Source: Candidatus Aminicenantes bacterium
GTDB lineage: Bacteria; Acidobacteriota; Aminicenantia; Aminicenantales; JAFGBC01
NCBI GenBank assembly: GCA_963702005.1
Contig: OY969696.1
Location: 1,216,001-1,280,000, forward strand
Direction: 5' to 3'
Length of the DNA stretch: 64,000 bases
The position numbers were made by a program, and so were the translations under genes. Under the pieces are notes generated by a model. The model was not told the origin of the DNA. It searched no databases and saw nothing but the letters and a program-made list of their open reading frames with translations. This document shows, in pieces, positions 1 through 9,454 of this stretch (positions within the stretch are counted from its first letter, which is position 1; each line of letters begins with the position of its first letter).

Positions 1-78
1 AACGACCCGGAACGATCGCAAGATCTTCTTAAGAAGCTCCCGGCGGCGCGGGGATTGGGAGGCAAGGATGATCTGCAT
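1..78 (-). CDS. maf: Maf-family nucleoside triphosphate pyrophosphatase, N-terminus (runs off window)
   Basis: Manual translation from ATG at 78: MQIILASQSPRRRELLKKILRSFRVV, the Maf ILASxSPRR signature; not in ORF track. Confidence 0.85.
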   Translation of the reverse strand, partial: MQIILASQSPRRRELLKKILRSFRVV

Positions 79-96
79 CGGCGTTTCCGGACAGAC

Positions 97-125
97 ACTA
101 TAGAAGGAGGGCCGCGGCCTGTCAA
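97..125 (-). promoter_or_regulatory. sigma70-type promoter for maf
   Basis: TTGACA-17 nt-TATAGT on minus strand, 18 nt before the ATG. Confidence 0.65.
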
Positions 126-215
126 ATCAGGCTCGACTTGCTCTTCTTTCTTGGGATCGTATATCATGAGGGACAAAAGGATCAACCGAGACGGAATGAC
201 CCGGGGAGCGAGGAC

Positions 216-1784
216 ATGTTCCTGAAGAGCCTGCTTGGGATTCTGAGCCTGGGCTGTCTTCTGTCCGCGGACTCTCCGGCCTCTCATCGTCCGGGGACGT
301 ACCCGGCGCCGGGCTTCGAGCCTATCGTCATGGCTCATTATGCCTCTTGGTATATGGGTCAGGAGTCAGGCTGGTTTAACTGGGTGGGAGAGAAGAAAAT
401 ACGGCCGGCTTATACTCCGCTCCTGGGGTTCTACGACGTCAGGCAGCCGGCCACTCTTTCCCAACATATCGCGTGGGCCGAGGCCTATGGAATCGACGCC
501 TTTATGATCACCTGGGATGGAAACCCCACCGAAACCTTCCCCTTGAGCAACGAGCAGACGGTAAAGCTTTTTCTCGAAAACCCCGATTTCAAGAAGATCG
601 AGTTTTTCTTCGTCTACGGGGTCAACACCTCGTTGAGAAAGAAGGGCGAGGTGATCGACAGTCCCGTCGACATCAACGATGACGCCAGGGTCCGCAAGTT
701 CATCGCCGACATGGAATTCGCGGCCTCGAAATATTTCCATCAGCCGAATCATCTGAAAATACAAGGAAAACCCGTGCTCTATGTCTGGGCCACCGGACTG
801 CTCCGGGGCGATATCAAGAAAGCCCTGACTCGGGTCCGGTCGGCCGTGAAAGCCCGGTGCGGGATCGATCTTTATATCATCGCCGATGAAGTCGGGTGGG
901 GAGCGACGCCCTTCTTTGACAGGACGACCGCCTGGGACGCGGTCATGCCGTACATCATGCTCAAACCCCAGAACCCCCTCCGCAACACCAAGCTCGAGGA
1001 CTCGATCCCCGAAATCATTTCCCAGTACCAAAACTGGATCAACGTCTGCGCCGATCTCGGGATCGGGTTCGTTCCGGAAGTCCTCGCCGGAGAAAACGCT
1101 CGCGGCGCCCCTTGGCTTTATGATAAAGACGGAAAACTGACGGTGCCGGTGATCATCCGGAGCCCCGCCGCCTTCAAAAAACTCGTCCTTGAAGCGAAGC
1201 CCCTGATCGACCCCGCTCTTCGGCTGTTCTTCATCACCTCCTGGAACGAATGGAACGAAGGGACGAATATCGAACCGTCGAAGGAATTCCAGTTCGATTA
1301 TCTGGACGTCGTCAAAAAGACCTTGAAAACATTCACCCCCGCCGACCCCCCCCGGGATATCTTAAAGTTCGCCTTCAAACGGGTCTGGAACCCGGGTGAA
1401 GGGGATCGGGTGCTGGCGGCCGCGTTTGATTGGATCAAGTTCCTGGATGCGAACGGAAAAACGTTGCTCACGCTGGATATCGGGACGCTGGGAGCTCGGC
1501 CCTGCCTGGGTATGGGCTGGTCCTATGATGAGAAGGGGATGGGGGATGCGAAAACCTACGCCTGGGCCGTCGATCGTCAGAAGTACGCGACGATTCACCT
1601 CAACCTCCCGCCCGGGACCAAGACCATCCGGTTCAGGGCCTTCCAAGTCGATCCGCCCCAGTCCATCACCGTGCTCCTCGATTCCAAGCGGATCGGCTCG
1701 TTTCCCGTCCAATCGCCCTTTCAATGGGTCGTCTACGATGTCGAGGTCCCGTCCTTTCCGACGACGCTCACGCTCGACCGATAA
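216..1784 (+). CDS. Secreted GH99/GH71-like glycoside hydrolase with C-terminal beta-sandwich domain
   Basis: Signal peptide from ATG 216 (RBS GAGG); HYASWY, PLLGFYD, HIAWAEAYGIDAF, FITSWNEWNEGTNIEP motifs. Confidence 0.75.
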   Translation: MFLKSLLGILSLGCLLSADSPASHRPGTYPAPGFEPIVMAHYASWYMGQESGWFNWVGEKKIRPAYTPLLGFYDVRQPATLSQHIAWAEAYGIDAFMITWDGNPTETFPLSNEQTVKLFLENPDFKKIEFFFVYGVNTSLRKKGEVIDSPVDINDDARVRKFIADMEFAASKYFHQPNHLKIQGKPVLYVWATGLLRGDIKKALTRVRSAVKARCGIDLYIIADEVGWGATPFFDRTTAWDAVMPYIMLKPQNPLRNTKLEDSIPEIISQYQNWINVCADLGIGFVPEVLAGENARGAPWLYDKDGKLTVPVIIRSPAAFKKLVLEAKPLIDPALRLFFITSWNEWNEGTNIEPSKEFQFDYLDVVKKTLKTFTPADPPRDILKFAFKRVWNPGEGDRVLAAAFDWIKFLDANGKTLLTLDIGTLGARPCLGMGWSYDEKGMGDAKTYAWAVDRQKYATIHLNLPPGTKTIRFRAFQVDPPQSITVLLDSKRIGSFPVQSPFQWVVYDVEVPSFPTTLTLDR

Positions 1785-1963
1785 GATCGGGGCGTTCCGC
1801 GATCCGGCTCATCCTTAGTAACCTCTATCGCCGAATCCCTAAGACCGTCTGGCATGATTTCAAGGACGGCGGCGACAATCCCGAGGAAGGCTCCATCCCT
1901 ATCAAGCTCGGAATCTGAATCCCGACCGCCGGCGGCGCGGCTTCGGTCTTTAATCGGGGGTCG

Positions 1964-2491
1964 TTATCCGTTCTTGAGGTACTTGCCGGGGATGGGATGA
2001 TCGGGGGTCTCATCCTGCCAGATAATGCTGACGATCCACCAGCGCCGGCCGTCATTGATGAGCTGAAGGCCATTGATCCCCCGGACGAACGCCTCGGGAC
2101 TCGTCGCGTCCAGGCCTTTGCGGTAGACGCTGAAAACCTGGGCGATCGATCCGAAGGCTTCCGTCCGCCGGGCGATTTCTTCCTCGACGAAGGTTTTAAC
2201 GATGCCCTTCTCAGAGCGATCCTTGAAAAAGGAAACGAATCCCTCCAGGTCCATCCGGTTGGGGCCGTCCTTGGTCATCCGGACCAGCCTGGCTTCGGGC
2301 AGGAACAGGAGGCGAAACGAATCCAGCCGGGGCGGCTTCCCTGGGCTGTAGCCGAGCGAGCCGTAGAAGGCCGCTAGAGCCCCGTCGATGGAGCCGTAAT
2401 CGGGCTCTTGCGTCTGGGCCTGAAGCCCGGCCGAGGCCGTCACAAGAAAGAGCGCTATCGCGCTTGTCGTCAAGATCCGTCGAATCATCAT
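1964..2491 (-). CDS. Secreted NTF2-like fold hypothetical protein
   Basis: Signal peptide MMIRRILTTSAIALFLVTASAGLQA; EEEIARRTEAFGSIAQVFS..RGINGLQL..WWIVSIIWQDE pattern. The longer ORF call reads through a repeat. Confidence 0.65.
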   Translation of the reverse strand: MMIRRILTTSAIALFLVTASAGLQAQTQEPDYGSIDGALAAFYGSLGYSPGKPPRLDSFRLLFLPEARLVRMTKDGPNRMDLEGFVSFFKDRSEKGIVKTFVEEEIARRTEAFGSIAQVFSVYRKGLDATSPEAFVRGINGLQLINDGRRWWIVSIIWQDETPDHPIPGKYLKNG

Positions 2492-2546
2492 GCTGGACCT
2501 CCGCTGGGATCCATTGTACCTTAAAAGGCCCGGCCGATCCTTCACC

Positions 2547-2759
2547 GGGTTGACCCGTTCGCCGACGCTACCCCGCCTTGAGAGGCGGGGATGAGAAGCG
2601 CCACTTTTGCACTCAGCCCTTTTAGAGGGGATGGGGCTGAGTGGGCTCAGGGTTAATCCTGAACAAGCCCCGCCCTTCATGCCGGGGAGCAGCCTTGCAG
2701 CACTCATACTAAGCCGTTTTCGGCTTAGTATGAGTGTCGAAGGGTTGACTCGCTCGCCG
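2547..2759 (+). repeat. Composite palindromic (REP/MITE-like) element, copy A
   Basis: TTGACCCGTTCGCCGACG start; hairpins CCCCGCCTTGAGAGGCGGGG, ACTCAGCCC..GGGCTGAGT, ACTCATACTAAGCCG-TTTT-CGGCTTAGTATGAGT; ends GTCGAAGGGTTGAC. Confidence 0.85.
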
Positions 2760-2792
2760 CAGATGATTAATGTATAGGCAAAGAGGGTTCCG

Positions 2793-5024
2793 TTGAGCGT
2801 CGCTTGCCCGAATTGCCGCGCCGAGAACGATCCCGGCTCCAGGTTCTGCCGGATGTGCGCGGCCTCGCTCGAGCCGGGAGGGGGCGTTCCCGCGGCCACC
2901 CAGTCCATTCACCCCCCGGCCCATGATCCCGCCCGGGGAACGCTGTTCGCCGGAAAATACGTCGTCGTCAAAGAGCTGGGGCGAGGCGGGATGGGGATCG
3001 TCTACGAGGCCGAGCAGCAGAATCCCAAGCGGGCGGTCGCCCTCAAGGTCATCCGGGGCGGGACCCTCGTCACCGAGACGACGGTCAAGATGTTCCAACG
3101 CGAGGCCCAGACGCTGGCCCGGCTCAAGCATCCCAACATCGCGGCCATCTATGAATCCGGCCGGACCAAGGACGGCCGCCATTATTTCGCGATGGAGCTC
3201 GTCCGCGGCGAGATCCTGACCGGATACCTGACTCGCCGGGGCGAATCCGGTAAGCTCTCGCCCGACGAGGTCCGCTTCCGGCTCCGGCTCTTCCGCAAGA
3301 TCTGCGACGCCGTGAACTACGCCCATCAGCGCAGTATCATCCACCGCGACCTCAAACCCTCCAACATCATCGTTCTTTCCTTGCCGGGCCCGGCCGGCGC
3401 CGGCCCCGGAGACGTTCCCGAGATCAAGGTCCTCGATTTCGGACTGGCCCGGATGACGGACACCGACCTGGCCGCGAGCGCCATGGTGACTGAGGCGGGC
3501 CAGGTGTTCGGAACGTTCCCCTACATGAGCCCCGAGCAGGTCCGCGGGAACCCGGACGAGATTGACGTCCGCTCCGACGTCTATTCGCTCGGCGTTGTCC
3601 TCTATGAAATGCTGACCGGCGTCCTGCCCTACGACCTGACCCGGGCGTCGCTGCCGACCATGGCCCGGACGATCGTCGAGGAGCCGCCCCGGTCGCTCGC
3701 CAAGAGCTGGCGGGGCGCCCGGAAACCGGACGACGACATCCAGACCATCGTCGCCAAGGCCCTCGAAAAGGAGCCGGCGCGCCGCTACCAGAGCGCGGGC
3801 GCCCTATCCGAGGACGTGGAACGCTATCTCCAAAAGCAGCCGATCTTGGCCCGACCGCCGAGCGGACTCTACCAGCTTCAGAAGCTCGTCTCGCGTCACA
3901 AGATCGGATTCGGGTTTGCGATTGCCTTCCTTGTCCTCCTGGCGGGTTTCGCCCTGACCATGACGGTCCTCGAGGCCAGGATCGCGAGGGAGCGGACCCG
4001 GGCTGAGAAGGAAGCCGCCAAAGCCAAAGCAATCAACGAATTTCTCCTGGAGACGATGGGCTCGGCCAACCCGGTTGAAGGCGCCGGCCGCGACACGACC
4101 GTCCTGGAGGCGCTCAAGACTGCGGCCGAGAAGATCGCGCCGGCCTTCCCCGGACAGCCCAAGGTCGAGGCCGACCTGAGGCACAGCATTGGCATGACTT
4201 ACCTGAGGCTGGGACGCTACCGAGAGGCGGAGGATCTCCTCCAATCCGCCTGCCGGATCCTGGAAGAGAAGTTCGGTCCCGAATTCCCGGACCTCGCCTC
4301 CCCGCTGACGACGCTCGGCGTCCTGAAGCACGAACGGGGCGAATATGCGGAGGCCGAGTCCCTGTACCGGAGGGCGCTGGCCATCGCGCGCCGAACCCGC
4401 AAAGACGAGGACCCGAACGTCCTGAGTATTCTCAACAACCTGGCCCTTGTCCTCCAGGACCAAGGCAAGCTTGACGAGGCGGAGCCTCTCGTCCGGCGGA
4501 TCCTGGAGATAGACCGTAAGCTCCTGGGCTCCGAGGACGTCAATGTCGGCGTGGACCTCAACAACCTGGGAAACCTTCTCCTCAAAAAAGGAGACTTCAA
4601 GGAAGCCGAACCGTTTCTGCGCGAGGGCGCGGGCGTTCTCGATAAAAAAGGACATCCCTGGCGGTCCTTCGCCCAAGGCAATCTGGCCGATCTCCTCAGC
4701 CGGAAGGGCGAGAACGAGGCGGCCGAAGCGATATTCGCCAAGGCCCTTCCGGCCGCCCTCAAGGACTTCGGCGAAGACAACCAGGACCTCGCGAAGTTCC
4801 GGACGAAATACGGCGCCTGCTTGATCAACCTCGGCCGGCACGGCGAGGCGGAAAAGCAATTGCTGGCCGCGCTCCCCGTCTTCGAGACGAGCCTGGGCGG
4901 CAAGGACGAATGGACCCAGCGGACGATCCGGGAACTCGTCCGCCTCTATAAGGCCTGGGGCAAGGATGGGGAAGCGCTTAAGTATAAGAACCTCTTGGAG
5001 CCGGCCTCAGGGCCGCCGAAATAA
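2793..5024 (+). CDS. Ser/Thr protein kinase (Hanks type) with zinc ribbon, TM helix and C-terminal TPRs
   Basis: CPNC..FCRMC, LGRGGMGIVY, VALK, HRDLKPSN, DFG, YMSPEQ, DVYSLG; TM near aa 372-395; TPR repeats. Confidence 0.92.
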   Translation: MSVACPNCRAENDPGSRFCRMCAASLEPGGGVPAATQSIHPPAHDPARGTLFAGKYVVVKELGRGGMGIVYEAEQQNPKRAVALKVIRGGTLVTETTVKMFQREAQTLARLKHPNIAAIYESGRTKDGRHYFAMELVRGEILTGYLTRRGESGKLSPDEVRFRLRLFRKICDAVNYAHQRSIIHRDLKPSNIIVLSLPGPAGAGPGDVPEIKVLDFGLARMTDTDLAASAMVTEAGQVFGTFPYMSPEQVRGNPDEIDVRSDVYSLGVVLYEMLTGVLPYDLTRASLPTMARTIVEEPPRSLAKSWRGARKPDDDIQTIVAKALEKEPARRYQSAGALSEDVERYLQKQPILARPPSGLYQLQKLVSRHKIGFGFAIAFLVLLAGFALTMTVLEARIARERTRAEKEAAKAKAINEFLLETMGSANPVEGAGRDTTVLEALKTAAEKIAPAFPGQPKVEADLRHSIGMTYLRLGRYREAEDLLQSACRILEEKFGPEFPDLASPLTTLGVLKHERGEYAEAESLYRRALAIARRTRKDEDPNVLSILNNLALVLQDQGKLDEAEPLVRRILEIDRKLLGSEDVNVGVDLNNLGNLLLKKGDFKEAEPFLREGAGVLDKKGHPWRSFAQGNLADLLSRKGENEAAEAIFAKALPAALKDFGEDNQDLAKFRTKYGACLINLGRHGEAEKQLLAALPVFETSLGGKDEWTQRTIRELVRLYKAWGKDGEALKYKNLLEPASGPPK

Positions 5025-5051
5025 ATCAACTTCAATCAGCCGGGAGCATCG

Positions 5052-7016
5052 GTGGTACGAGGTCAAACGGTTTCAAAATCGAGAGCGGGGCGGCTCCTGA
5101 TCATCGTCCTGGGCGTGATAGTCCTCGGCCCGGTTGCCGAGCGAATGATCGGCGCAGCTTCCCTCTGGACGCCGTCCGGTCCATACGGCGGCGACGTCCG
5201 GGGCCTGGCCGCCGGCCGCGACGGACGGGAGTTTTTTGCGATCACGGCAGGAATTCCCGGGCAGGTCTACCGGTCCTCAAGCCCCGCGGCCCCTTGGCGC
5301 CGCGCGGCCTACCTTCCCGAGGCGCTCTATGACATCGGCTGCGATCCGCTTCATCCGGCCGTCGTCTTCGTCCTCGGAACGACGGCCCTGTTCCGGTCCC
5401 GGGATCTGGGTTCGACCTGGATGCGATGCCCCCTGCCGGCCGGATGTTCGGCCGAGCAGGGCCGGCTCGCCGTCCATCCCGATAATCCCAAGGTTCTCTG
5501 GGCGGCCGGGCGGATGAAGAGAAACGACGGTAAGGAGTCCTTTATCGTCCTGAGATCGGCGGACACGGGCGGGACCTGGACGGCCGCGATTCTTCCGGCG
5601 TTCCTTACCGGACAGAAAACCTGCTGCCTGGCCGTCAGCCCGTCCGACCCGAATCTCCTTTTCGCCGGCGGCGATTTGGACGGTGTGGATCGCGAAAGCC
5701 GCCTGTTCCGGAGCGGGGACGGAGGCCGCCACTGGACCGACGTCACCGGACCGATCGCTTCTCCGCCCCTGGCCCTCGCCGTTCATCCTCTCGATTCCTA
5801 CCGGGCCTATATCGCGACGGCCAAAGGCATTTACCTGAGCCGTGACCAAGGGCGTAGCTGGCGTCAGGCCGGGGGGAAAGCCTTCGGGACCGCGCTGGCC
5901 ATGGATCCGGCCCGGCCGCGGACCATCCGCGCGGGCGCCGACAGGCGTGTCTTCACGAGCCTGGACGGCGGAGAGCGCTGGACGGAATGTTCCGCCGGCC
6001 TGTTCGGGACCTGCCGCCGGATCGTCCTTGCGGCGGACCGGATTTTCTTCGCCTCCTCGGCGGGTATCTTCCGCAGCGATGACGGCGGGGCGAGCTGGGA
6101 CGAGCGAAACAGCGGGTTGGCGGCGGCTCAAGTCATTTCGCTCGGGATGTCTCCTTCCCGGCCCCTTATCCTCTACGCCGGGATCAGGGGGAACGGTCTT
6201 TTCAAGACCGCCGACGGCGCCGCCTCTTGGGAACGGCTGCCGGGATTTTATCGCGCGGAGATCGTGATCCGGATTGTCGTCGACCCCGCGGATGCCGCCC
6301 GGCTCTTCGTCCTGACCGGAGGCTGAGGGCCGGACGACATCTACAGGTCTGTGGATGGAGGCCGTAGCTGGGACAAATTGTTTCACGGAAATATGGAGGA
6401 TCTGGTCTTGAATCCGGGCCGGCCCGGCCATCTTCTGGCCGCCGGCCAAATCCAGGAAAAAATAGTATTGGTCCCGGTCGTGTTCCAGTCCAAGGACGGC
6501 GGCGCGACCTGGTCCTGGCATCGGCTTTCGACCGAAGCCGGCGTCGCCAGCGCGGTGGCCTGCGATCCTTCGAACGACCGGATCCTGTTTGCGGGCGGCC
6601 TGGCGGGAGAAAAAACGGTCTTGGTCAGGTCCGGCGACGGCGGGGAGACCTGGACGGACATCACGGGCGGGGTGACCGGCCGAGTCCTTTTCTTGCGCGC
6701 GGACGAGAGGACGGCGGGGCGGATCTGGGCCGGCACGGATTCGGGATTATTCCGCAGCGATAATGCGGGCTCGACCTGGACCCGGCTGTCCTCGTTCGCG
6801 GCGAGATGCGTCCTGGTTGATCCCGCGAACTCGCGGCGCTTGTTCGCGGCGGGAGCGGCCGGCGTTTGGACGAGCCGCGACGGGGGAACGACCTGGCAGC
6901 GGATGAACGGGGGACTCTCGGTCCGGGACGTGAATTGCCTCGGCCGCGAAGTCCGTTCGGACACTCTCTACGCGGGAACGGAGGGCGGCGGCCTCTGCAA
7001 GCGTATTCACAATTAA
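5052..7016 (+). CDS. Secreted BNR/Asp-box beta-propeller protein (VPS10/Ycf48-like), probable selenoprotein with Sec at codon 425 (TGA 6324-6326)
   Basis: ORFs 5052-6326 and 6351-7016 are in the same frame; read-through gives ..LFVLTGG-U-GPDDIYRSVDGGRSW.., completing an SxDGGxxW repeat; SECIS-like hairpin follows the TGA. Confidence 0.8.
6328..6363 (+). promoter_or_regulatory. Putative bacterial SECIS element
   Basis: Upper stem CATCTACA-GGTC-TGTGGATG (6338-6357), lower GGCC/GGCC stem; CAGGTCTG begins after 17 nt following the TGA (16 nt in E. coli fdhF). Confidence 0.75.
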
Positions 7017-7060
7017 GCCCGATTTTTATATAATAAAGGTGACCTTGAAGGGAAGGGGAT

Positions 7061-7402
7061 ATGCAAATCGACTTCTATGCCTTCGGACGGATTGTCATCG
7101 AGGGCCGTGAGTTTACGACGGACGTCATCATCTTCCCCAAGCGGGTCGACTCCGCCTGGCGGCGGAAGGAAGGGCACCGTCTGTCCGTCGAAGATGTGCG
7201 GGGGGTCATCGAGGCCGACGCGGAAACGGTCGTCATCGGCACCGGCGCGGTCGGCGAGATGGCCGTCCCCCCCGATGTCATCGCTCATCTCGAAGCCCGG
7301 CGAATCCGGGTCATCGTCCTCCGAACCAAGGAGGCCGTCGAAACCTACAACCGGATTCTCGGCTCGGGCCGCGTCGTGGCCGCCCTCCATCTGACCTGTT
7401 GA
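7061..7402 (+). CDS. Mth938-like (DUF498) protein
   Basis: FGRIVIEG..DVIIFP, VVIGTG, T.EAVETYN, C-terminal AALHLTC. Confidence 0.85.
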   Translation: MQIDFYAFGRIVIEGREFTTDVIIFPKRVDSAWRRKEGHRLSVEDVRGVIEADAETVVIGTGAVGEMAVPPDVIAHLEARRIRVIVLRTKEAVETYNRILGSGRVVAALHLTC

Positions 7403-7421
7403 CGGGGGGCGCCCCGTCTTT
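7401..7421 (+). terminator. Probable intrinsic terminator between convergent genes
   Basis: GACGGGG-ggcg-CCCCGTC hairpin followed by T run. Confidence 0.5.
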
Positions 7422-8170
7422 CAGCCTTTGCTTCCCCCGGACTCCGGCGCCCGCGCCATAAGCTTCCGCTCGACCTGGGAGCAGAGACCGAAGATCATGT
7501 TGTATTCCCAATTCGTCAAGCCGGCCCGGCCGGTGACCTGCCTTATGTTGCGGAGAATCTCGGCCTCCAGGTCCCGGTCGCCTCGGGCGGCGTACTCGAG
7601 AAGCCGGATCGTTGATTGGATCTTGCGAAAGAGCAGCCGGAGTTCCGCCTGCGTCACGAACCTCGGATTTTCGCCCGGGGCGGGGAGCCGGCTCAGCTCG
7701 TAGGCCGCGAGGAGGACGCTCTGGGCCAGGTTCAGGGAAGGGGCGGCGGCGTCGGTCGGAATCGTCAGCAGAAACGCGCAGGAGGCGAGCTCGCGGTTCG
7801 TCAATCCGTTGTGCTCGTTTCCGAACAGGATGGCGACTTTATTCCCCGGGGCCGCCCGGACGATCCGCTCCGCCCCGTCCTTGAGGGGAAGGAAGAGGCC
7901 TCGACGGCGGCCGCGCCGCCGCGTCATCCCCACCACGAGGCTCGCGCCGGCGATCGCCTCTTCGAACGTGGCATGGACCGGGGCTCGTTCCAGAATGTCC
8001 TTGGCGCCGCAGGCCATGGCCTTGGCCATGGGGGAGTGGGGATCGGCCGGCTTGACGAGTTCGAGGCGCCGGAAACCCATGTTTTTGAGAGCCCGGGCGG
8101 CGGCCCCGATGTTCCCCGACTCGGTCGGCTCGACCAGGACGAAGGCGATGCGGTCTTTCCAGCCGCTCAT
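7421..8170 (-). CDS. trmJ: SPOUT tRNA 2'-O-methyltransferase, TrmJ/LasT family
   Basis: VLVEPTESGNIGAAARALKNMG, ILFGNEHNGLTNREL, SLNLAQSV. Confidence 0.88.
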   Translation of the reverse strand: MSGWKDRIAFVLVEPTESGNIGAAARALKNMGFRRLELVKPADPHSPMAKAMACGAKDILERAPVHATFEEAIAGASLVVGMTRRRGRRRGLFLPLKDGAERIVRAAPGNKVAILFGNEHNGLTNRELASCAFLLTIPTDAAAPSLNLAQSVLLAAYELSRLPAPGENPRFVTQAELRLLFRKIQSTIRLLEYAARGDRDLEAEILRNIRQVTGRAGLTNWEYNMIFGLCSQVERKLMARAPESGGSKG

Positions 8171-8191
8171 GGGCGTCCGGTCTTCGATCCT

Positions 8192-9061
8192 CTATCCGAA
8201 CACGATACCGGCGTAGCCGACGAAGCTGGCGTTCGGAGACACGTCGAAGCTCGTGTAATAATCCAGGACCTCCCCCCGAGTCGCGCCCAGAAGCTTGGCG
8301 AGATGGACGGCCGTCGAGGCCGCGCCCATGCAGCAAGCGTTGTGATGGCGGAGGGCTTCCTCGCGGACTCCGGTCGCGTCCAGGGCCGTCATGAAGTCGA
8401 CGGCCTTTTTATCGTTGACGTCCTTGACCCAGCGCACGGCGTCCGGGCCGAGGCCCTTGGGAGCCATCCCGTAGTTGGGGCCGTAATGGGTCAGGTCTGT
8501 CGACCCGATGACGATGAGATTGCGGCCTAGAGCCCGGGCCGCTTTGATAATCGCTTCGGCGATCGCGAACGAGACATCCTCGGGCGGGGCTCCGATCCCG
8601 ACGACCTTGGCGCCGGGGAGGTAGTGTTTGATGAAGGGCATTTGGAGCTCGATCGTGTTGTCGTGGTCGTGGTCCTCCGGCGTCTCTTCGATGAAGCGGA
8701 ATGCGGCGAGGAGGGGAGCGGCCAGCTCGGCGTCCACGGGGAGGTTGCCCAGCGGCGTCTCCCACTCGCCCGCGGCCATGATATTCGGCTTCATGCCCGG
8801 CCCCAGATGGCCGCCGAAGAGGACGACGGTGTCCGGACGGGATCGCTCGGAGAGAGCCTGAATGACGTTTGCGGCCAGGCGGCCCGAATAGCTCCAGCCG
8901 GCGTGGGGGACGATGCCTCCGACGAGGTCGTCCCGAAGGATTCGAGGCCGGGCCGAGGACGCCTCGAACGCCTTGATCGCCCTCAGAATCCCGGTCTTGT
9001 CTCCGGGATACCACGACCCCGCGAAATCCGGCCTTCTGGCTTTGCTCGTCTTGACTTTCAT
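8192..9061 (-). CDS. amrB: AmmeMemoRadiSam system protein B (MEMO1 family)
   Basis: AGSWYP, IVPHAGWSYSG, WETPLG, ELQMPF, STDLTHYG, SFVGYAGIVF. Confidence 0.88.
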   Translation of the reverse strand: MKVKTSKARRPDFAGSWYPGDKTGILRAIKAFEASSARPRILRDDLVGGIVPHAGWSYSGRLAANVIQALSERSRPDTVVLFGGHLGPGMKPNIMAAGEWETPLGNLPVDAELAAPLLAAFRFIEETPEDHDHDNTIELQMPFIKHYLPGAKVVGIGAPPEDVSFAIAEAIIKAARALGRNLIVIGSTDLTHYGPNYGMAPKGLGPDAVRWVKDVNDKKAVDFMTALDATGVREEALRHHNACCMGAASTAVHLAKLLGATRGEVLDYYTSFDVSPNASFVGYAGIVFG

Positions 9062-9137
9062 GTGAACAGCCCCTCCGTATCCGTCTTCATTGTAGGTACC
9101 GGCCCGAGCCTCGTCAACCTCATTCCCCGCGGACAAT

Positions 9138-9218
9138 AATTCTGGGGGCCACGACTTATCTCTATCTTTCCATTTTAGAGGTGAAGCAAAAAAAGATAAG
9201 TCGTGTGTCCCCAGAATT
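9138..9218. repeat. Inverted-repeat element with about 24-bp arms
   Basis: AATTCTGGGGGCCACGACTTATCT (9138-9161) and AGATAAGTCGTGTGTCCCCAGAATT (9194-9218). Confidence 0.7.
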
Positions 9219-9323
9219 TGACTTAGAATGGCGGCATCCGGCCAGGTCTTGCCCTTCGAGATCCTGGGCTCCGCGACGGCCGGCGGGGGAGTCTAGGGCA
9301 CGATCAGTATCTCAGTCCTTAAT

Positions 9324-9453
9324 CCCCTCGCGGGATTCCACGGACGTAAGTCCGTGGAGGGATAGCGAATCCCCGCTTCGGGGACAGGCGCTCCAACGCC
9401 TGCAATGGGCGGATCCCACAGAAGTAAATCCGTGGAGCTTCAGTCGCGAGGGA
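9324..9453. repeat. Palindromic IS200/IS605-end-like module, shared with copy C
   Basis: CCACGGACGTAAGTCCGTGG hairpin and GCGCTCCA.CGCCTGCAA.GGG..GATCCCAC recur at 45178-45227; bounded by CCCTCGCG/CGCGAGGG. Confidence 0.65.
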
Positions 9454-9454
9454 G

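Noticed and set aside
6324-6326. Genome-wide UGA reassignment (Trp/Gly) as the explanation of the in-frame TGA
   Set aside because: Many genes here end at TGA exactly at family-typical C-termini (7402, 22983, 35042, 36242, 47163), so UGA is normally a stop
7400-7402. Sec read-through after the C-terminal Cys of the Mth938 protein
   Set aside because: HLTC is the normal family C-terminus, and a terminator hairpin and convergent gene follow
8192-9061. Linking amrB to the adjacent radical SAM cluster as an AmmeMemoRadiSam system
   Set aside because: None of the rSAMs has AmrS features, no AMMECR1 gene is present, and about 390 nt of repeats separate them
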